Assembly: GCA_964494475.1 (NCBI GenBank)
Contig: CAZBRS010000003.1
Location: 80,286-144,285 of the forward strand
DNA: 64,000 nucleotides
DNA from: an uncultured Myxococcales bacterium
GTDB lineage: Bacteria; Myxococcota_A; UBA9042; CAZBRS01
Reading direction: 5' to 3'
The notes under the pieces were generated by a model that did not search any database, was not told the origin of the DNA, and was given only the letters and a program-made list of their open reading frames with translations. Made by a program: the position numbers and the translations under genes. Positions 47,198 through 57,151 of this stretch are shown one piece after another (positions within the stretch are counted from its first letter, which is position 1; every line of letters begins with the position of its first letter).

Positions 47198-48661
47198 TCA
47201 GGCCTCCGGGGGCTTCGCGGGCAGGGCCTTGAGCTTCGAGACCGCGTCGCGCAGGCGGAACTGGCAGATGGGCTTGCCGAGCGCCTCCATGGTCTCGAAG
47301 AGGCCCGGCGACGCGGCGCGGCCCGTGGTCGCGATGCGCACGGCCATGAACAGGTCGCCGGCCTTCCAGCCCTGCTCCTCGGTCCACGCGCGGAGCACGG
47401 CTTCGACGTTCGCGAGCGTCCACTCGACCACCTTGTCGAGGCGCTCGGCCACGGCCTCGAGGGCACCCTGCACCTCCTTCGCGTCGTGGCGCTTGCGGCA
47501 CTTGTCGAAGAGCAGATCGGGGTCGTACTCGAGGCGCCCGTTGAAGAAGAACGAGGTCGCGTCGATGAACTCGTCGAGCCGCCGGATGCGGGGCTGGATG
47601 TGCTCGACGAACGAGCGCACGTAGTCGCGCCGCAGCACGGTCTCGAACACGCGGTCGACCATCTGGTCGGGCGTGAGCGCGCGCAGGTAGTGGCCGTTCA
47701 GCCACTCGAGCTTCTCGAGGTCGAACACGGGGCCGCCCAGGCTGACGCGGGCCCAGTCGAAGGTGGCGACCATCTGCTCGAGGGTGACGATCTCGTTTTC
47801 GTCGCCCGTCGAGTAGCCCATGAGCGCCAGGAAGTTGAGCACCGCCTCGGGCAGGAAGCCCGCGCGGCGGTAGTAGTCGAGCGACACCGGGTTCTTGCGC
47901 TTCGAGATCTTCGAGCGGTCCTGGTTGCGCAGGAGCGGCAAATGAAAGAAGCGCGGGGGCTCCCAGCCGAAGAGCTCGTACAGGCGCAGGTGCTTGGGCG
48001 TCGAGGGGATCCACTCCTCGGCGCGGATCACGTGGGTGATGCCCATCAGGTGATCGTCGACCACGTTGGCCAGGTGGTAGGTGGGGAAGCCGTCGGTCTT
48101 CAGGAGCACCTGGTCGTCCATCTGGCTGTTGAGGTAGCTGACCTCGCCGCGGAGGCCGTCCTGGATCAGGGTGGCGCCCTCCCGGGGCATCTTGAGGCGG
48201 ATGACGAAGGGCTCCCCCGCGTCGGCGCGGCGGCGGGCCTCGGCCGTGTCGAGTTCACGACAGGCGCCGTCGTAGCGGATGTCCTGCTTGTTGACGCGCT
48301 GCTCCTCGCGCAGCGCGCCCAGGCGCTCGGCCGTGCAGAAGCAGGGGTAGGCGCCGCCGGTCTCGACGAGCTTCCAGGCGTGCTCGCGGTAGATGGCGGT
48401 GCGCTCCGACTGGCGGTAGGGCCCGCACGGCCCGCCCACGTCGGGGCCTTCGTCCCAGGTGAGGCCCAGCCAGTGCAGGGCGCGCAGGATGGCCTCCTCG
48501 GACTGGCGCGTGGAGCGCGTCTGGTCGGTGTCCTCGATGCGCAGCACGAACGTGCCGCCGTGGTGACGCGCGAAGGCGTAGTTGAACAGGGCGATGTAGG
48601 CGGTGCCCACGTGGGGGTCGCCCGTGGGGCTGGGCGCGATGCGGACCTTGACGGTGGCCAT
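47198..48661 (-). CDS. gltX: Glutamate--tRNA ligase
   Basis: The conserved N-terminal signature is RIAPSPTGDPHVGTAY, followed by the KISKR motif. The ATG lies at 48661. Confidence 0.9.
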   Translation of the reverse strand: MATVKVRIAPSPTGDPHVGTAYIALFNYAFARHHGGTFVLRIEDTDQTRSTRQSEEAILRALHWLGLTWDEGPDVGGPCGPYRQSERTAIYREHAWKLVETGGAYPCFCTAERLGALREEQRVNKQDIRYDGACRELDTAEARRRADAGEPFVIRLKMPREGATLIQDGLRGEVSYLNSQMDDQVLLKTDGFPTYHLANVVDDHLMGITHVIRAEEWIPSTPKHLRLYELFGWEPPRFFHLPLLRNQDRSKISKRKNPVSLDYYRRAGFLPEAVLNFLALMGYSTGDENEIVTLEQMVATFDWARVSLGGPVFDLEKLEWLNGHYLRALTPDQMVDRVFETVLRRDYVRSFVEHIQPRIRRLDEFIDATSFFFNGRLEYDPDLLFDKCRKRHDAKEVQGALEAVAERLDKVVEWTLANVEAVLRAWTEEQGWKAGDLFMAVRIATTGRAASPGLFETMEALGKPICQFRLRDAVSKLKALPAKPPEA

Positions 48662-48675
48662 GACGGTTTCTCCGT

Positions 48676-49314
48676 TCAGCGGGACGGTGCGGGGTTCGGG
48701 CCCTCGAAGGTGGCCAGGACGGCGCGGGCCAGGGCGCCACGTCGCGAGGTCGCGGAGCGCTCGGCGCGCACGATGGCGGCCAGGTCGGCCGTGGCCACCT
48801 CGAGGTCGTCGTTCACGATCAGGTAACGATACACCTCGTGGCCCTGGCACTGCGAGGCCACCAGGCCGAGGCGCCGCTCGATGGTGGCCGCGTCGTCCTT
48901 GCCACGGGCCTCGAGCCGGGCGCGCAGATCGGCGTAGCGCGGCGGCAACACGAACACGCTGACCACGTCGGGCAATTGGCGGAGGAGGGCGTGCCCCCCG
49001 ACGATGTCGAGATCGAAGAGGGCGTCGCGCCCCGCGGCGTGCAGGCGCGCCACCTCGCTGCGGGGCGTGCCGTAGCGGTAGCCGTACACGCTGGCCCACT
49101 CGAGCAGGGCGTCGGCGGCCAGCAGCCGATCGAACTCGGCCTCGGTCGCGAAGTGGTAGTCGCGACCGTCAACCTCGCCGAGCCGAGGCGCGCGCGTGGT
49201 CACCGACACCGAGAAGCCGAGGCGCGCGTCGGCCTGCAGCAGGCGCCCGATGAGCGTGGACTTGCCCGAGCCCGAGGGTCCGGACACCAACAGGGTCAGA
49301 GCATCAGTACACAT
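48676..49314 (-). CDS. gmk: Guanylate kinase
   Basis: The P-loop is GPSGSGKST. GMP-binding region motifs are present. The ATG lies at 49314. Confidence 0.85.
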   Translation of the reverse strand: MCTDALTLLVSGPSGSGKSTLIGRLLQADARLGFSVSVTTRAPRLGEVDGRDYHFATEAEFDRLLAADALLEWASVYGYRYGTPRSEVARLHAAGRDALFDLDIVGGHALLRQLPDVVSVFVLPPRYADLRARLEARGKDDAATIERRLGLVASQCQGHEVYRYLIVNDDLEVATADLAAIVRAERSATSRRGALARAVLATFEGPNPAPSR

Positions 49315-50176
49315 TGGCGGACTGCTCCCGGATCTGCTCGTTCCAGAGGCGGGCCTCGATGAGCGGCGCCGTGACCTCGGGCGCCGCGTTCTTCGAGGCG
49401 CAGGTGTTGAGCTCGCGGTGGATCTCGACGCACAGGTAGTCGAGCTTCTTGCCCTTCGGCGCGGCCTTCGGCTCGGCGAGCAGGCGCTGGAGCTCGGCCA
49501 GGTGGGAGCGCAGGCGCGTGAGCTCTTCGCCCACGTCGGCGCGCTCGACCAGCAGCGCCACCTCCTGTTCGAGCCGCGCCGGATCGAGGGCGCCGCCCAC
49601 CGCGTCACGGATGCGCGCGAGCAGCGCCTCGCGACGCTTGGGCTGCAAGGCAGCGAGCAGCGCCGCGGCCTTGTCGACCTCGGTGCCGAGGCCCGCCACG
49701 CACCGGCGTACGTGCGCCTCGGTGCGGGCGCCCTCGCGCTCGGCCATCTCGCGGTGGTGCTCCAGGGCCTCGTCGACCGCGGCCAGCGCCGTGGCCTCGT
49801 CGAGCGCCTCGTCGGGAGGGGGGCTGGCCAGGAGCGCGTCCTTCACCTGCAGCACGTGCTCGAGCTGCACCGGCCAGTCGCGGCCGGCGGCGCCCGCCAG
49901 GCCCTCGAGCCAGTGCACGACCGCACGCACGCGCGCGGGATCGGTCGCCGGCACGGTCGCCTCGGCCGTTCGCGTGAGCCGGAGGCGCACGTCGACCTTG
50001 CCGCGCGGGATGCGCTCCTTGACCCTGGCCTCGACGAGGGCCTGCAGGCCCGCCAACTCGTCGGGGCCCACCACGCGCACGTCGAGGAAGCGCGCGTTCA
50101 CCGAGCGGATCAGCACGCTGAGGGAATAGCCCGCCGCGCTCCGCGAGGCCTGTCCGAAGCCGCTCATGCTGATCAT
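49304..50176 (-). CDS. yicC: YicC-family stress-induced protein
   Basis: The N-terminus MISMSGFG... aligns with the YicC start, and the C-terminal DUF1732-like region aligns. It sits immediately upstream of gmk, which is conserved synteny. Confidence 0.8.
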   Translation of the reverse strand: MISMSGFGQASRSAAGYSLSVLIRSVNARFLDVRVVGPDELAGLQALVEARVKERIPRGKVDVRLRLTRTAEATVPATDPARVRAVVHWLEGLAGAAGRDWPVQLEHVLQVKDALLASPPPDEALDEATALAAVDEALEHHREMAEREGARTEAHVRRCVAGLGTEVDKAAALLAALQPKRREALLARIRDAVGGALDPARLEQEVALLVERADVGEELTRLRSHLAELQRLLAEPKAAPKGKKLDYLCVEIHRELNTCASKNAAPEVTAPLIEARLWNEQIREQSANVY

Positions 50177-51642
50177 GCCGTCTCTCCGTTGTCGCCCGAC
50201 GAGCCCTCGCGGAACGTGAGAACGAAGGTCGCGCCCTTGCCGGGCACGCTCTCGACGTCGAGGTCGCCGCCGTGGTCCTGGGCGAGGAAGCTCGAGATCG
50301 TGAGGCCGAGCCCCGTGCCCCGATCGCCTTTGGTAGAATAGAACGGACGGAAGATGTTGTCCAACTCGTCGAGGGGGATGCCGGGCCCGAAGTCCTTGAC
50401 GCGAATACGGACCTTTCCGTCGCGGGCGCCGGCCCGGATCTCGACCACGCCCTTGCCGTCCATGGCGTCGGAGGCGTTCAGCAGCAGGTTCATGAGGATC
50501 TGGTGCAACCGCGAGCCCGGGATGGCCACCCGCAAGGGCTCGCGGTCGAGCAGCAGCTTCAGGCTGATGTTCTTGAACTTCTTCTGCGCCTCGAGGAACC
50601 GCCACAGCTCCCGCACCGTCTCGCCCACCTCGCAGTCCTCGGCCTCGTCGCTGGTGGGCCGGCTGAAGTTCAAGAGATCCTTCACGATACGCTTGATACG
50701 CGCGATCGAGTCGTCGAGGATGCGCAGGATCTCGTTGCGCTCGTCGGGCCCCAGGTCGCTGCGCTCGAGCACCGACAGGTAGCCCTGGATGACCCCCAGG
50801 GGGTTGCCGATCTCGTGCGCGATGCCGGCGCTCATCTCGCCGATGGTGGCCAGCTTGCCGCTCTGGACCAGGTGACCCTGGGTCATCTCGAGCTCCCGGT
50901 TGACGCGGCGCAGCTGCTGGTGCTGGCGCTGGGCGCGCTCGGACTCCTCGCTGCGCCCGGCCGCGAGGGCCTGGAGCGACGCCGCAAGGCGCCGGAACTC
51001 GGCCAGGAACGGCCGCGGCAGCTCCTGCCAGTCGTCGTCGGGCACGTCGACGTGGAGCGCCGCCTCGCGCACCAGGCGCTGGACGGGCCGAACCACCAGC
51101 GCCGTGAGCCAGGTGTCGGTGAAGAGCCACGAGAACAGGAAGGCCACGCCCGCCAGCAGCAGGGCCAGGCGGCGGAAGGCAGACAGCCGGGCGTCGAGCG
51201 GCGCGGTCGAGGACACGCCGACCAACACGCGCGTCGGCGCCAGGGCCCGGCAGGTGAGCAGCACGTCGCGGCCGTCGACGGCGAAGTACCGGGACCGGGG
51301 ACCTGGGCCCTGGCCGCACTGCTCGAGGAACCCTTGGGGGATGCCGACTCGCGCGGCCGAACGGCGCAGCGAGAGGAAGCGCGCCTGGGCCAGATCGATG
51401 AGCAGCACGTCGTCGTCGGCGTGGGGCAACTTGGCGGCCGCGTCGCGGAGCCCGGGCTCGTCGGTCGCCGAGAGCGCGGAGAGAGCGGCCAGGCGCGTGG
51501 CCGTGAAGCCCTCGAGCAACGCCACGTAGTACAGCCGCTCGACGGCCACGTACGTGAAGCCGAGCGCCGACACCGTCAGCAGCCCCGTGATCAGGAGCAT
51601 CCAGGGCCGGAGCCCCACGCGGCTCAGGACAGCGCGGACCAT
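50173..51642 (-). CDS. Sensor histidine kinase (2 TM helices, HisKA and HATPase_c domains)
   Basis: The H-box is IAHEIGNPLG. The N, G1 and G2 boxes are present (GTGLGLTIS). Its stop overlaps the yicC ATG as ATGA. Confidence 0.8.
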   Translation of the reverse strand: MVRAVLSRVGLRPWMLLITGLLTVSALGFTYVAVERLYYVALLEGFTATRLAALSALSATDEPGLRDAAAKLPHADDDVLLIDLAQARFLSLRRSAARVGIPQGFLEQCGQGPGPRSRYFAVDGRDVLLTCRALAPTRVLVGVSSTAPLDARLSAFRRLALLLAGVAFLFSWLFTDTWLTALVVRPVQRLVREAALHVDVPDDDWQELPRPFLAEFRRLAASLQALAAGRSEESERAQRQHQQLRRVNRELEMTQGHLVQSGKLATIGEMSAGIAHEIGNPLGVIQGYLSVLERSDLGPDERNEILRILDDSIARIKRIVKDLLNFSRPTSDEAEDCEVGETVRELWRFLEAQKKFKNISLKLLLDREPLRVAIPGSRLHQILMNLLLNASDAMDGKGVVEIRAGARDGKVRIRVKDFGPGIPLDELDNIFRPFYSTKGDRGTGLGLTISSFLAQDHGGDLDVESVPGKGATFVLTFREGSSGDNGETA

Positions 51643-52457
51643 GACTCGAACCTCGCCAGCAGCAGGTCGGAGAGGAAGAGCCACTCGAGCGCTGCGAGCG
51701 CCAGGAACGGGCCGAACGGGATGCGCAACCCCTGAGCGCTGACGCGCCGCCAGAACAACCCCGTGAAGAGCAGCCCCTGCAGCGACGAGGCCAGGAAGAC
51801 GAACAGCAGCGAGAGGGGCCCCAGGAAGGCGCCGATGAACATGACGAGCAGCACGTCGCCCTCTCCCATCCCCTCCTTGCGGCGAACGAACAAGAAGCCG
51901 AGCGCCAACAGCAGCAGCGAGCCTCCGCCCGCGGCCGCGCCGATCAGCGACGACGTGAACGACGTGAGCACCCGGCCGCCGGCGGCCTCGGCCACCAGCG
52001 GCGCGAGCGCCCCCACCGCGATGCCGGGGGTGACCCAGGAGCCCGGGATGACGAACGACTCGGCGTCGATGAACACCACCGCCAGCAGCACGAACACGAA
52101 GAAGAAGAGCGGCAGGTACGAGGCGAGCCACGCCACGGGCTCGGCGCCGGCGGGCAGGAGCCCCGCCACGCGCAGGTGGAGCGCCACGGCGAGGAGCCCC
52201 GTGAGCAGCTCGACCAGGGCGTAGCGCACCGAGAAGGGCGCGCGGCAGTCGGCGCACCGCCCCCGGAGCACCAGCCACCCGAGCACCGGCACGTTGTGGC
52301 GAGCCCGGACGGGCGCCCCGCAGGCCGGGCAGCACGAGCCGGGACGCACCAGCGAGAGCCCGCGCGGCAGACGGTAGACGACCACGTTGAGGAAGCTGCC
52401 GAAGACCGCCCCCCACACGAACCAGAACGCAATGACGAGTGCCTGGACCGCGAGCAT
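51624..52457 (-). CDS. pilD: Type IV prepilin leader peptidase (A24 family)
   Basis: The Zn-binding CCPACG...CADC motif is present. The A24 membrane core includes catalytic Asp regions. Confidence 0.8.
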   Translation of the reverse strand: MLAVQALVIAFWFVWGAVFGSFLNVVVYRLPRGLSLVRPGSCCPACGAPVRARHNVPVLGWLVLRGRCADCRAPFSVRYALVELLTGLLAVALHLRVAGLLPAGAEPVAWLASYLPLFFFVFVLLAVVFIDAESFVIPGSWVTPGIAVGALAPLVAEAAGGRVLTSFTSSLIGAAAGGGSLLLLALGFLFVRRKEGMGEGDVLLVMFIGAFLGPLSLLFVFLASSLQGLLFTGLFWRRVSAQGLRIPFGPFLALAALEWLFLSDLLLARFESWSALS

Positions 52458-52597
52458 GGCGCCATCCTAACGGAAGGCGGTCGCGCTGTCAGCCAGAGAG
52501 CTTGCGAATGTACTACGGTAACTCAGAAGTTTTCGGATTGCCGAGGCCACGCCGGCCGGTTATGCTCCGCGCGGGTACTGCACGCCACGGGTGGGGG

Positions 52598-53575
52598 ATG
52601 GGCGAGCAGGTCGAGCGACGCCAATATCCGCGCAAACCGCTCCAGAAGCAGGTCTTCTGCTACGTCGAGGGCCAGCGCCTCGACGCCGAGACCGCCGACA
52701 TCAGCGCCCGGGGTGCCCTGATCCGCACCGTCTGGACCGACTCGGCCAACGGCGAGGCGCTGGTCTCGGTGTCGTTCCGCTCTCGCGAGCCCGAGGTGCG
52801 CGACGTGTTCCTGTTCGGGCGCGTCGAGCGCGTGCAGGAAGGGCCCACGCGCGGCTTCGCGCTTTCGTGGGTGCGCGCCGTGACCACCGGCCCGCGCGTG
52901 GGGCTGGTCACGCTGCTGCGCGACGTGCTCAGCGTTCCGGAGGACCTCATCGAGGGCCAGCGCCTGACCCCCGACGGCAAGCCCTGCAAGGTCTTCCACT
53001 TCGACGGCCTCGACGCGCGCAAGGAGGCCGCCGCCGTTCGACCCGCCACCGTGCCGGGGCTCCGCGAGCCCCGCGTCCCGACCTCCGAGCACGACTGGAA
53101 GCGCTACCCCACGCGCGGGCCGCTGACCCGCACGCTCGAGGCCACGACCGACCGCGAGCCCATCACCCTGAAGGCCCTGCTGGTCTCGGGCGAGACGCGC
53201 CGCAACGTGCGCATCACGTCGCTGGGGCAGGTCTCGCTGGCGCTCGATCTGAAGGGCAACCTCGAGGGCATCGGCGAGACGGCCACCGTGCGCTTCAACG
53301 TGCCGCTCCGGCGCGGCGTGGGGCTGGTGGCGGTGACGGGACGGGTCACCAGGTCGGCGACGCGCCCGGCCGAGGGCATCGCGTTGCTCGAACTGAGCAT
53401 CGACAGCCTCGACGAGGCCGATCGCCCGGGCGTGCTCGAGCGCTACCTCCGCTGGCTGCGCCAGCGCACCCTGGGCACCACGCCCGAGACCGCGCCGCTG
53501 CCGCCCGACGCGCCCGGCCCGAGCGAAGCCGAGGGGCCTGAAGCCGACGGCATCGAGCCCGGGGCGGGCACGTAG
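52598..53575 (+). CDS. PilZ-domain protein
   Basis: The PilZ motifs are RRQYPRKP and DISARGALI. The start is ambiguous between 52562 and 52598. Confidence 0.55.
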   Translation: MGEQVERRQYPRKPLQKQVFCYVEGQRLDAETADISARGALIRTVWTDSANGEALVSVSFRSREPEVRDVFLFGRVERVQEGPTRGFALSWVRAVTTGPRVGLVTLLRDVLSVPEDLIEGQRLTPDGKPCKVFHFDGLDARKEAAAVRPATVPGLREPRVPTSEHDWKRYPTRGPLTRTLEATTDREPITLKALLVSGETRRNVRITSLGQVSLALDLKGNLEGIGETATVRFNVPLRRGVGLVAVTGRVTRSATRPAEGIALLELSIDSLDEADRPGVLERYLRWLRQRTLGTTPETAPLPPDAPGPSEAEGPEADGIEPGAGT

Positions 53576-53608
53576 CGCACCTCTCGCGGCCCCTTCGATG
53601 GTTCCGGA

Positions 53609-55993
53609 TCAGTAGTAGACATCCCCCGACAGCGCCCCGTCGACCGTCTCTTCGATCGCGTAGGTGGCGCCGCGCGCGGGGTCGGCGAAGAAGAGCGACG
53701 AGATCTCGTCGACCCAGACCATCTCTTCCGGGAGACCGCCCGTGGCGATCCAGCGGGGCTGCACGCCTCCCGTGATGCGGAAGCGCCAGCGCACGTCGCG
53801 CTCGGGCGCGACGGGGCGGTACTTCAGCGACTCGAGGCGCTCGCAGCCCGGGTAGAGGGTGAGCTGGAACGAGGGGTTCTGGAAGGTCTCGGCCTCGAAG
53901 GCGACCGCGTCGCCGAGGGCGGGGCAGGCGTCGAGCTCGACCAGGGGGTCGACGGGTCGGGCCACCTTCGCGCGCGCGGCGAAGAGCGGGTCGGCGTCGG
54001 GCCGCGCCACGCAGCGCCCGGCCTGCGACGTCCAGGGGTGCAGCAGCCCCGTGCGCCCGCCGGTGACCAGGAACGAGCCCGAAGAGCGCACCTCGTAGCG
54101 CAGGCCCGAGCGGCCGCACGCGCCCGCGAGCACCGGCGGCTTGGCCGGGGCCACGCCGTCGGCGGGCGCCAGGGCGTCGAGCGTCACGGTCAGGCGGTCG
54201 CGCGAGACGGCCTCGATGGGCACCTCCCAGTCGCGGCCGAGCAGCGGCGCGCAGTCGGGCTCGACCTCGGGCAGGCGCAGCACCAGGCGATCGCCCGCCT
54301 CGACGCCCAGCTCGCAGAAGTCGGCGGAGGGGTCGATCAGGCTGCCCGAGGCGGCATCGAGCGCGCCCCGCTGCCCGCGGCTCTTCGGCAGCAGGCCCTC
54401 GTACTCGAGCGTCCAGGTCTCGCTGCGCACGTCGGCGCGCGCCGCGGCCGGCACGATGCCGTAGTACACCGAGCTGCCGTCGGGCTGCTCGGCCACCTCC
54501 ATGACCCCGAAGCCGGGGTAGGCGAAGGGGCTGGTCAGGCCCACCTCGACCGCGAGCTCGCCGTCCTGGAGCAGCGGCTTGGTGAGCGAGGTGTCGGAGG
54601 GCTCCTCGATCTCGATCATGCTGAGCTGCCAGGCGCTCGGCGCGGCGGCGTCGGTGGCGTCGGCGGTGTCGGTGGCCAGCAGGCGATAGACCAGGCCGTC
54701 GGCGGCCAGGGCGTAGACGGGCACCGTGCCGTCGTCGGAGGCCGAGGCCGCCACCACGCGCAGGGCCGTGACGGGCAGGGGCACGCCGGGGACCCGCTCG
54801 GCCCGTTGCAGGAGGGGCAGCTCGCCGGTGGGCGTCTCGAGGCCGGCCTCGAGATCGAGCACGTGCAGGGCGCCGTAGCGGCCCTCGGCGACCACGACGC
54901 GCAGGCCGTCGGGCAGGAAGGCGAAGCCGGTCGCGAGGGGCCGGGGGTCGGGGCCCTCGTCGAGATCGAAGACCCCGAGGCAGCCGGCGTCGGCGCGGTC
55001 GATCGCGCCGTCGCCGTCGTTGTCGAGGCCGTCGGCGCAGGGGTACGAGAACAGGCGCGTGCCACAGCGGGGCGTGCCGTCGGAGGCCGCCGTGCAGAGC
55101 AGCGCGTCGGCCCCCTCGGCGTCGCCGTTCGAGCCCCGGCAGCCCGCGTCGGCGGCGTCGATCGTGCCGTCGCCGTCGTCGTCCTGGCCGTTGGCGCACT
55201 CGCCGGCGTCGGCCGCCACCGCAGGATCGACCTCGTCGGCGTCCCACTCGTGCTCGCAGCCCGGGTCGCGGGCGTCGGCCAGCCCGTCGCCGTCGTCGTC
55301 GAGGCCGTTCTCGCAGGCGCGCAGGAACGGCACCAGGTGCAGGTCGCGGGTCGCGAGGTCGACCCAGCCGACGGCGGCCACGTCGCGGTACGTCCAGGCC
55401 AGCACGCCCGGCAGCGACGAGAGCGCCAGGCGGTCGGGCACGTGGGGCAGGTCGAGGGTGTCGACGAGCTCGAGGGTGGTCGGGTCACGCAGCTCGAGGC
55501 GGGGCTGGCCATCCAGCAGCAGGGCCAGGAAGCGGCCATCGGGGGTCTCGAACCACTCGAGCGCGCGGGGCGAGGCGTCGACGTCGGCCACCGTGGTGGC
55601 CGTGTCGGTCAGCGAGAAGCGGACCAGGCGGTCGGGCTCGCTCACGCCGGCCACGAGGCCCGGGCCGCCGGACTCCGCGACCACCGCCCGCGGCAGCCCC
55701 TCGAAGCTCCAGCCGTTGAAGCCCGGCGTGGTCGCGCTCGCGTCGAGGTACTCGCCGGCGACCCAGTCGATGGCCTTGATCTCGTAGAGGGCGGGGTCGA
55801 GCACGAGCGCCAGCAGCGAGCCCCCCTCGGAGAGGCAGTCGCCGCCCCCGCGGAACGAGCCGGTGGCGTCGCGACAGGCCACGCGCACGCCCATGGGGTA
55901 CTCGAGGGTGTTGGGGACCGACGAGGCCGTCTGCTGGCAGGCCAGCAGGCCGAGGACCACGAGGAGGGGGAGGCGGCGTGCCATGGTGCTCAC
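53609..55993 (-). CDS. Lipoprotein with three MopE-like Cys-bounded DDDGDG putative metal/Ca-binding repeats
   Basis: The lipobox is VVLGLLAC. The repeats are CENGLDDDGDGLADARDPGC, CANGQDDDGDGTIDAADAGC and CADGLDNDGDGAIDRADAGC. Confidence 0.65.
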   Translation of the reverse strand: MSTMARRLPLLVVLGLLACQQTASSVPNTLEYPMGVRVACRDATGSFRGGGDCLSEGGSLLALVLDPALYEIKAIDWVAGEYLDASATTPGFNGWSFEGLPRAVVAESGGPGLVAGVSEPDRLVRFSLTDTATTVADVDASPRALEWFETPDGRFLALLLDGQPRLELRDPTTLELVDTLDLPHVPDRLALSSLPGVLAWTYRDVAAVGWVDLATRDLHLVPFLRACENGLDDDGDGLADARDPGCEHEWDADEVDPAVAADAGECANGQDDDGDGTIDAADAGCRGSNGDAEGADALLCTAASDGTPRCGTRLFSYPCADGLDNDGDGAIDRADAGCLGVFDLDEGPDPRPLATGFAFLPDGLRVVVAEGRYGALHVLDLEAGLETPTGELPLLQRAERVPGVPLPVTALRVVAASASDDGTVPVYALAADGLVYRLLATDTADATDAAAPSAWQLSMIEIEEPSDTSLTKPLLQDGELAVEVGLTSPFAYPGFGVMEVAEQPDGSSVYYGIVPAAARADVRSETWTLEYEGLLPKSRGQRGALDAASGSLIDPSADFCELGVEAGDRLVLRLPEVEPDCAPLLGRDWEVPIEAVSRDRLTVTLDALAPADGVAPAKPPVLAGACGRSGLRYEVRSSGSFLVTGGRTGLLHPWTSQAGRCVARPDADPLFAARAKVARPVDPLVELDACPALGDAVAFEAETFQNPSFQLTLYPGCERLESLKYRPVAPERDVRWRFRITGGVQPRWIATGGLPEEMVWVDEISSLFFADPARGATYAIEETVDGALSGDVYY

Positions 55994-57138
55994 CGGATGA
56001 AGGCGATGGTCTGGAGGTAGCGTTCACTGTCCGGATCGAGGTCGAGCACCCCGACGCGGTGCTCGGAGAACGACGAGAAGTAGGCCCGGCGGAGGCCCGC
56101 GGACGGCAGGTCGACCAGGGCGAGCTCGTAGGGGCGGCGCGTGAGCCCCAACACCTTCTCGAGCTGGCCCGAGGCCGGATCGAGCACGGCCAGGCGGCGC
56201 TGGTCGAAGGAGGTCAGGATCAGCTTGCCCTCCGCCGACGCGGCCATGCCGGTCACGCCCGGGATGGCGGGCAGCGTGCGGACCACCGTGTTGCTGCGGG
56301 CGTCGATGACCACCACGCGGTCGGTGTTGCGATCGGCCACGTAGAGCGTGTCGCCCACGGCGAGCAGGCGTCGGAAGTAGTCGCCGGTGGCGAGCCCGAC
56401 CGGCAACGAGAGGTCGTGGCGATCGCTGATCTCGAGGGGCGCCGTGCCGTAGTCGAGCTCGAACGACGTGAGCGTGTTGTAGAACTTGTTCGGGATGTAG
56501 AGGCGGCCCGTGCCGGGCACGAAGACCGGCGTGAGCAGCCCGGGCAGGTCGAGCGCCACGCGGCCGAGGGGCGCGGGAACGCCCGCGTCGTCCAACTGGA
56601 ACACGTCGACCCCGCCGTCGGCGAGCTCGGTGACCACCAGCACGTCGGCGTCGAGCCTCGGCTCGTGGAACACGGCCGCGCCAAAGGGATCGGAGCCGAT
56701 GACGGTCTCGTCGTCGATGACGGACACCCGGTGGGCGTCGTCGCACACGGGAGAGCCGTCGGCGCTGCAAGAGAGCTGCAGCGTTCCGTCGGAGGTGTCG
56801 AGGTCGACCACCACCACCTCGTCGTCTTCGCGCAGCGGCACGTAGGCCTTCAGGGGTACGCCGTTCCTCACCAGCAACGCGATGTCGCCGGCAAAGTTGC
56901 CGATCTCGACGCCGCGGTCCTTCAGCACCGCGTTGCGCTCGACGTCGAGCACGGAGAGGCCACCCGCGCGGTACTGCAGATCGAAGTTGGCGCTGGCCAC
57001 GAGCAGGAAGCGCTGGTCGGGCGTGGCGGTCAGGGAGATCGGGAAGCGCAGCTCACCGATGGGATAGGGCACCCCGCCGAAGTCGCGCGACTCACAGGCC
57101 ACGAGCAGGAGGACGAACAGCGGGGCGAGCCTCTTCAT
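55990..57138 (-). CDS. Beta-propeller lipoprotein, YVTN/PD40-like repeats
   Basis: The lipobox is LLLVAC. Repeated beta-strand blocks are present. Its stop overlaps the downstream ATG as ATGA. Confidence 0.6.
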   Translation of the reverse strand: MKRLAPLFVLLLVACESRDFGGVPYPIGELRFPISLTATPDQRFLLVASANFDLQYRAGGLSVLDVERNAVLKDRGVEIGNFAGDIALLVRNGVPLKAYVPLREDDEVVVVDLDTSDGTLQLSCSADGSPVCDDAHRVSVIDDETVIGSDPFGAAVFHEPRLDADVLVVTELADGGVDVFQLDDAGVPAPLGRVALDLPGLLTPVFVPGTGRLYIPNKFYNTLTSFELDYGTAPLEISDRHDLSLPVGLATGDYFRRLLAVGDTLYVADRNTDRVVVIDARSNTVVRTLPAIPGVTGMAASAEGKLILTSFDQRRLAVLDPASGQLEKVLGLTRRPYELALVDLPSAGLRRAYFSSFSEHRVGVLDLDPDSERYLQTIAFIR

Positions 57139-57151
57139 GCGTGGACACCCT

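Noticed and set aside
49304-52416. Upstream extensions of the 671-aa and 747-aa minus-strand ORFs
   Set aside because: The N-terminal extensions are Arg/Pro/Gly-rich. The true YicC and histidine-kinase starts are in-frame ATGs whose N-termini align with family members, and the upstream genes overlap them as ATGA.
53346-56020. Long Arg-rich ORFs on both strands (633 aa on minus, 660 aa on plus)
   Set aside because: They are out of frame or antisense to the MopE-repeat lipoprotein. The translations are about 30% Arg.
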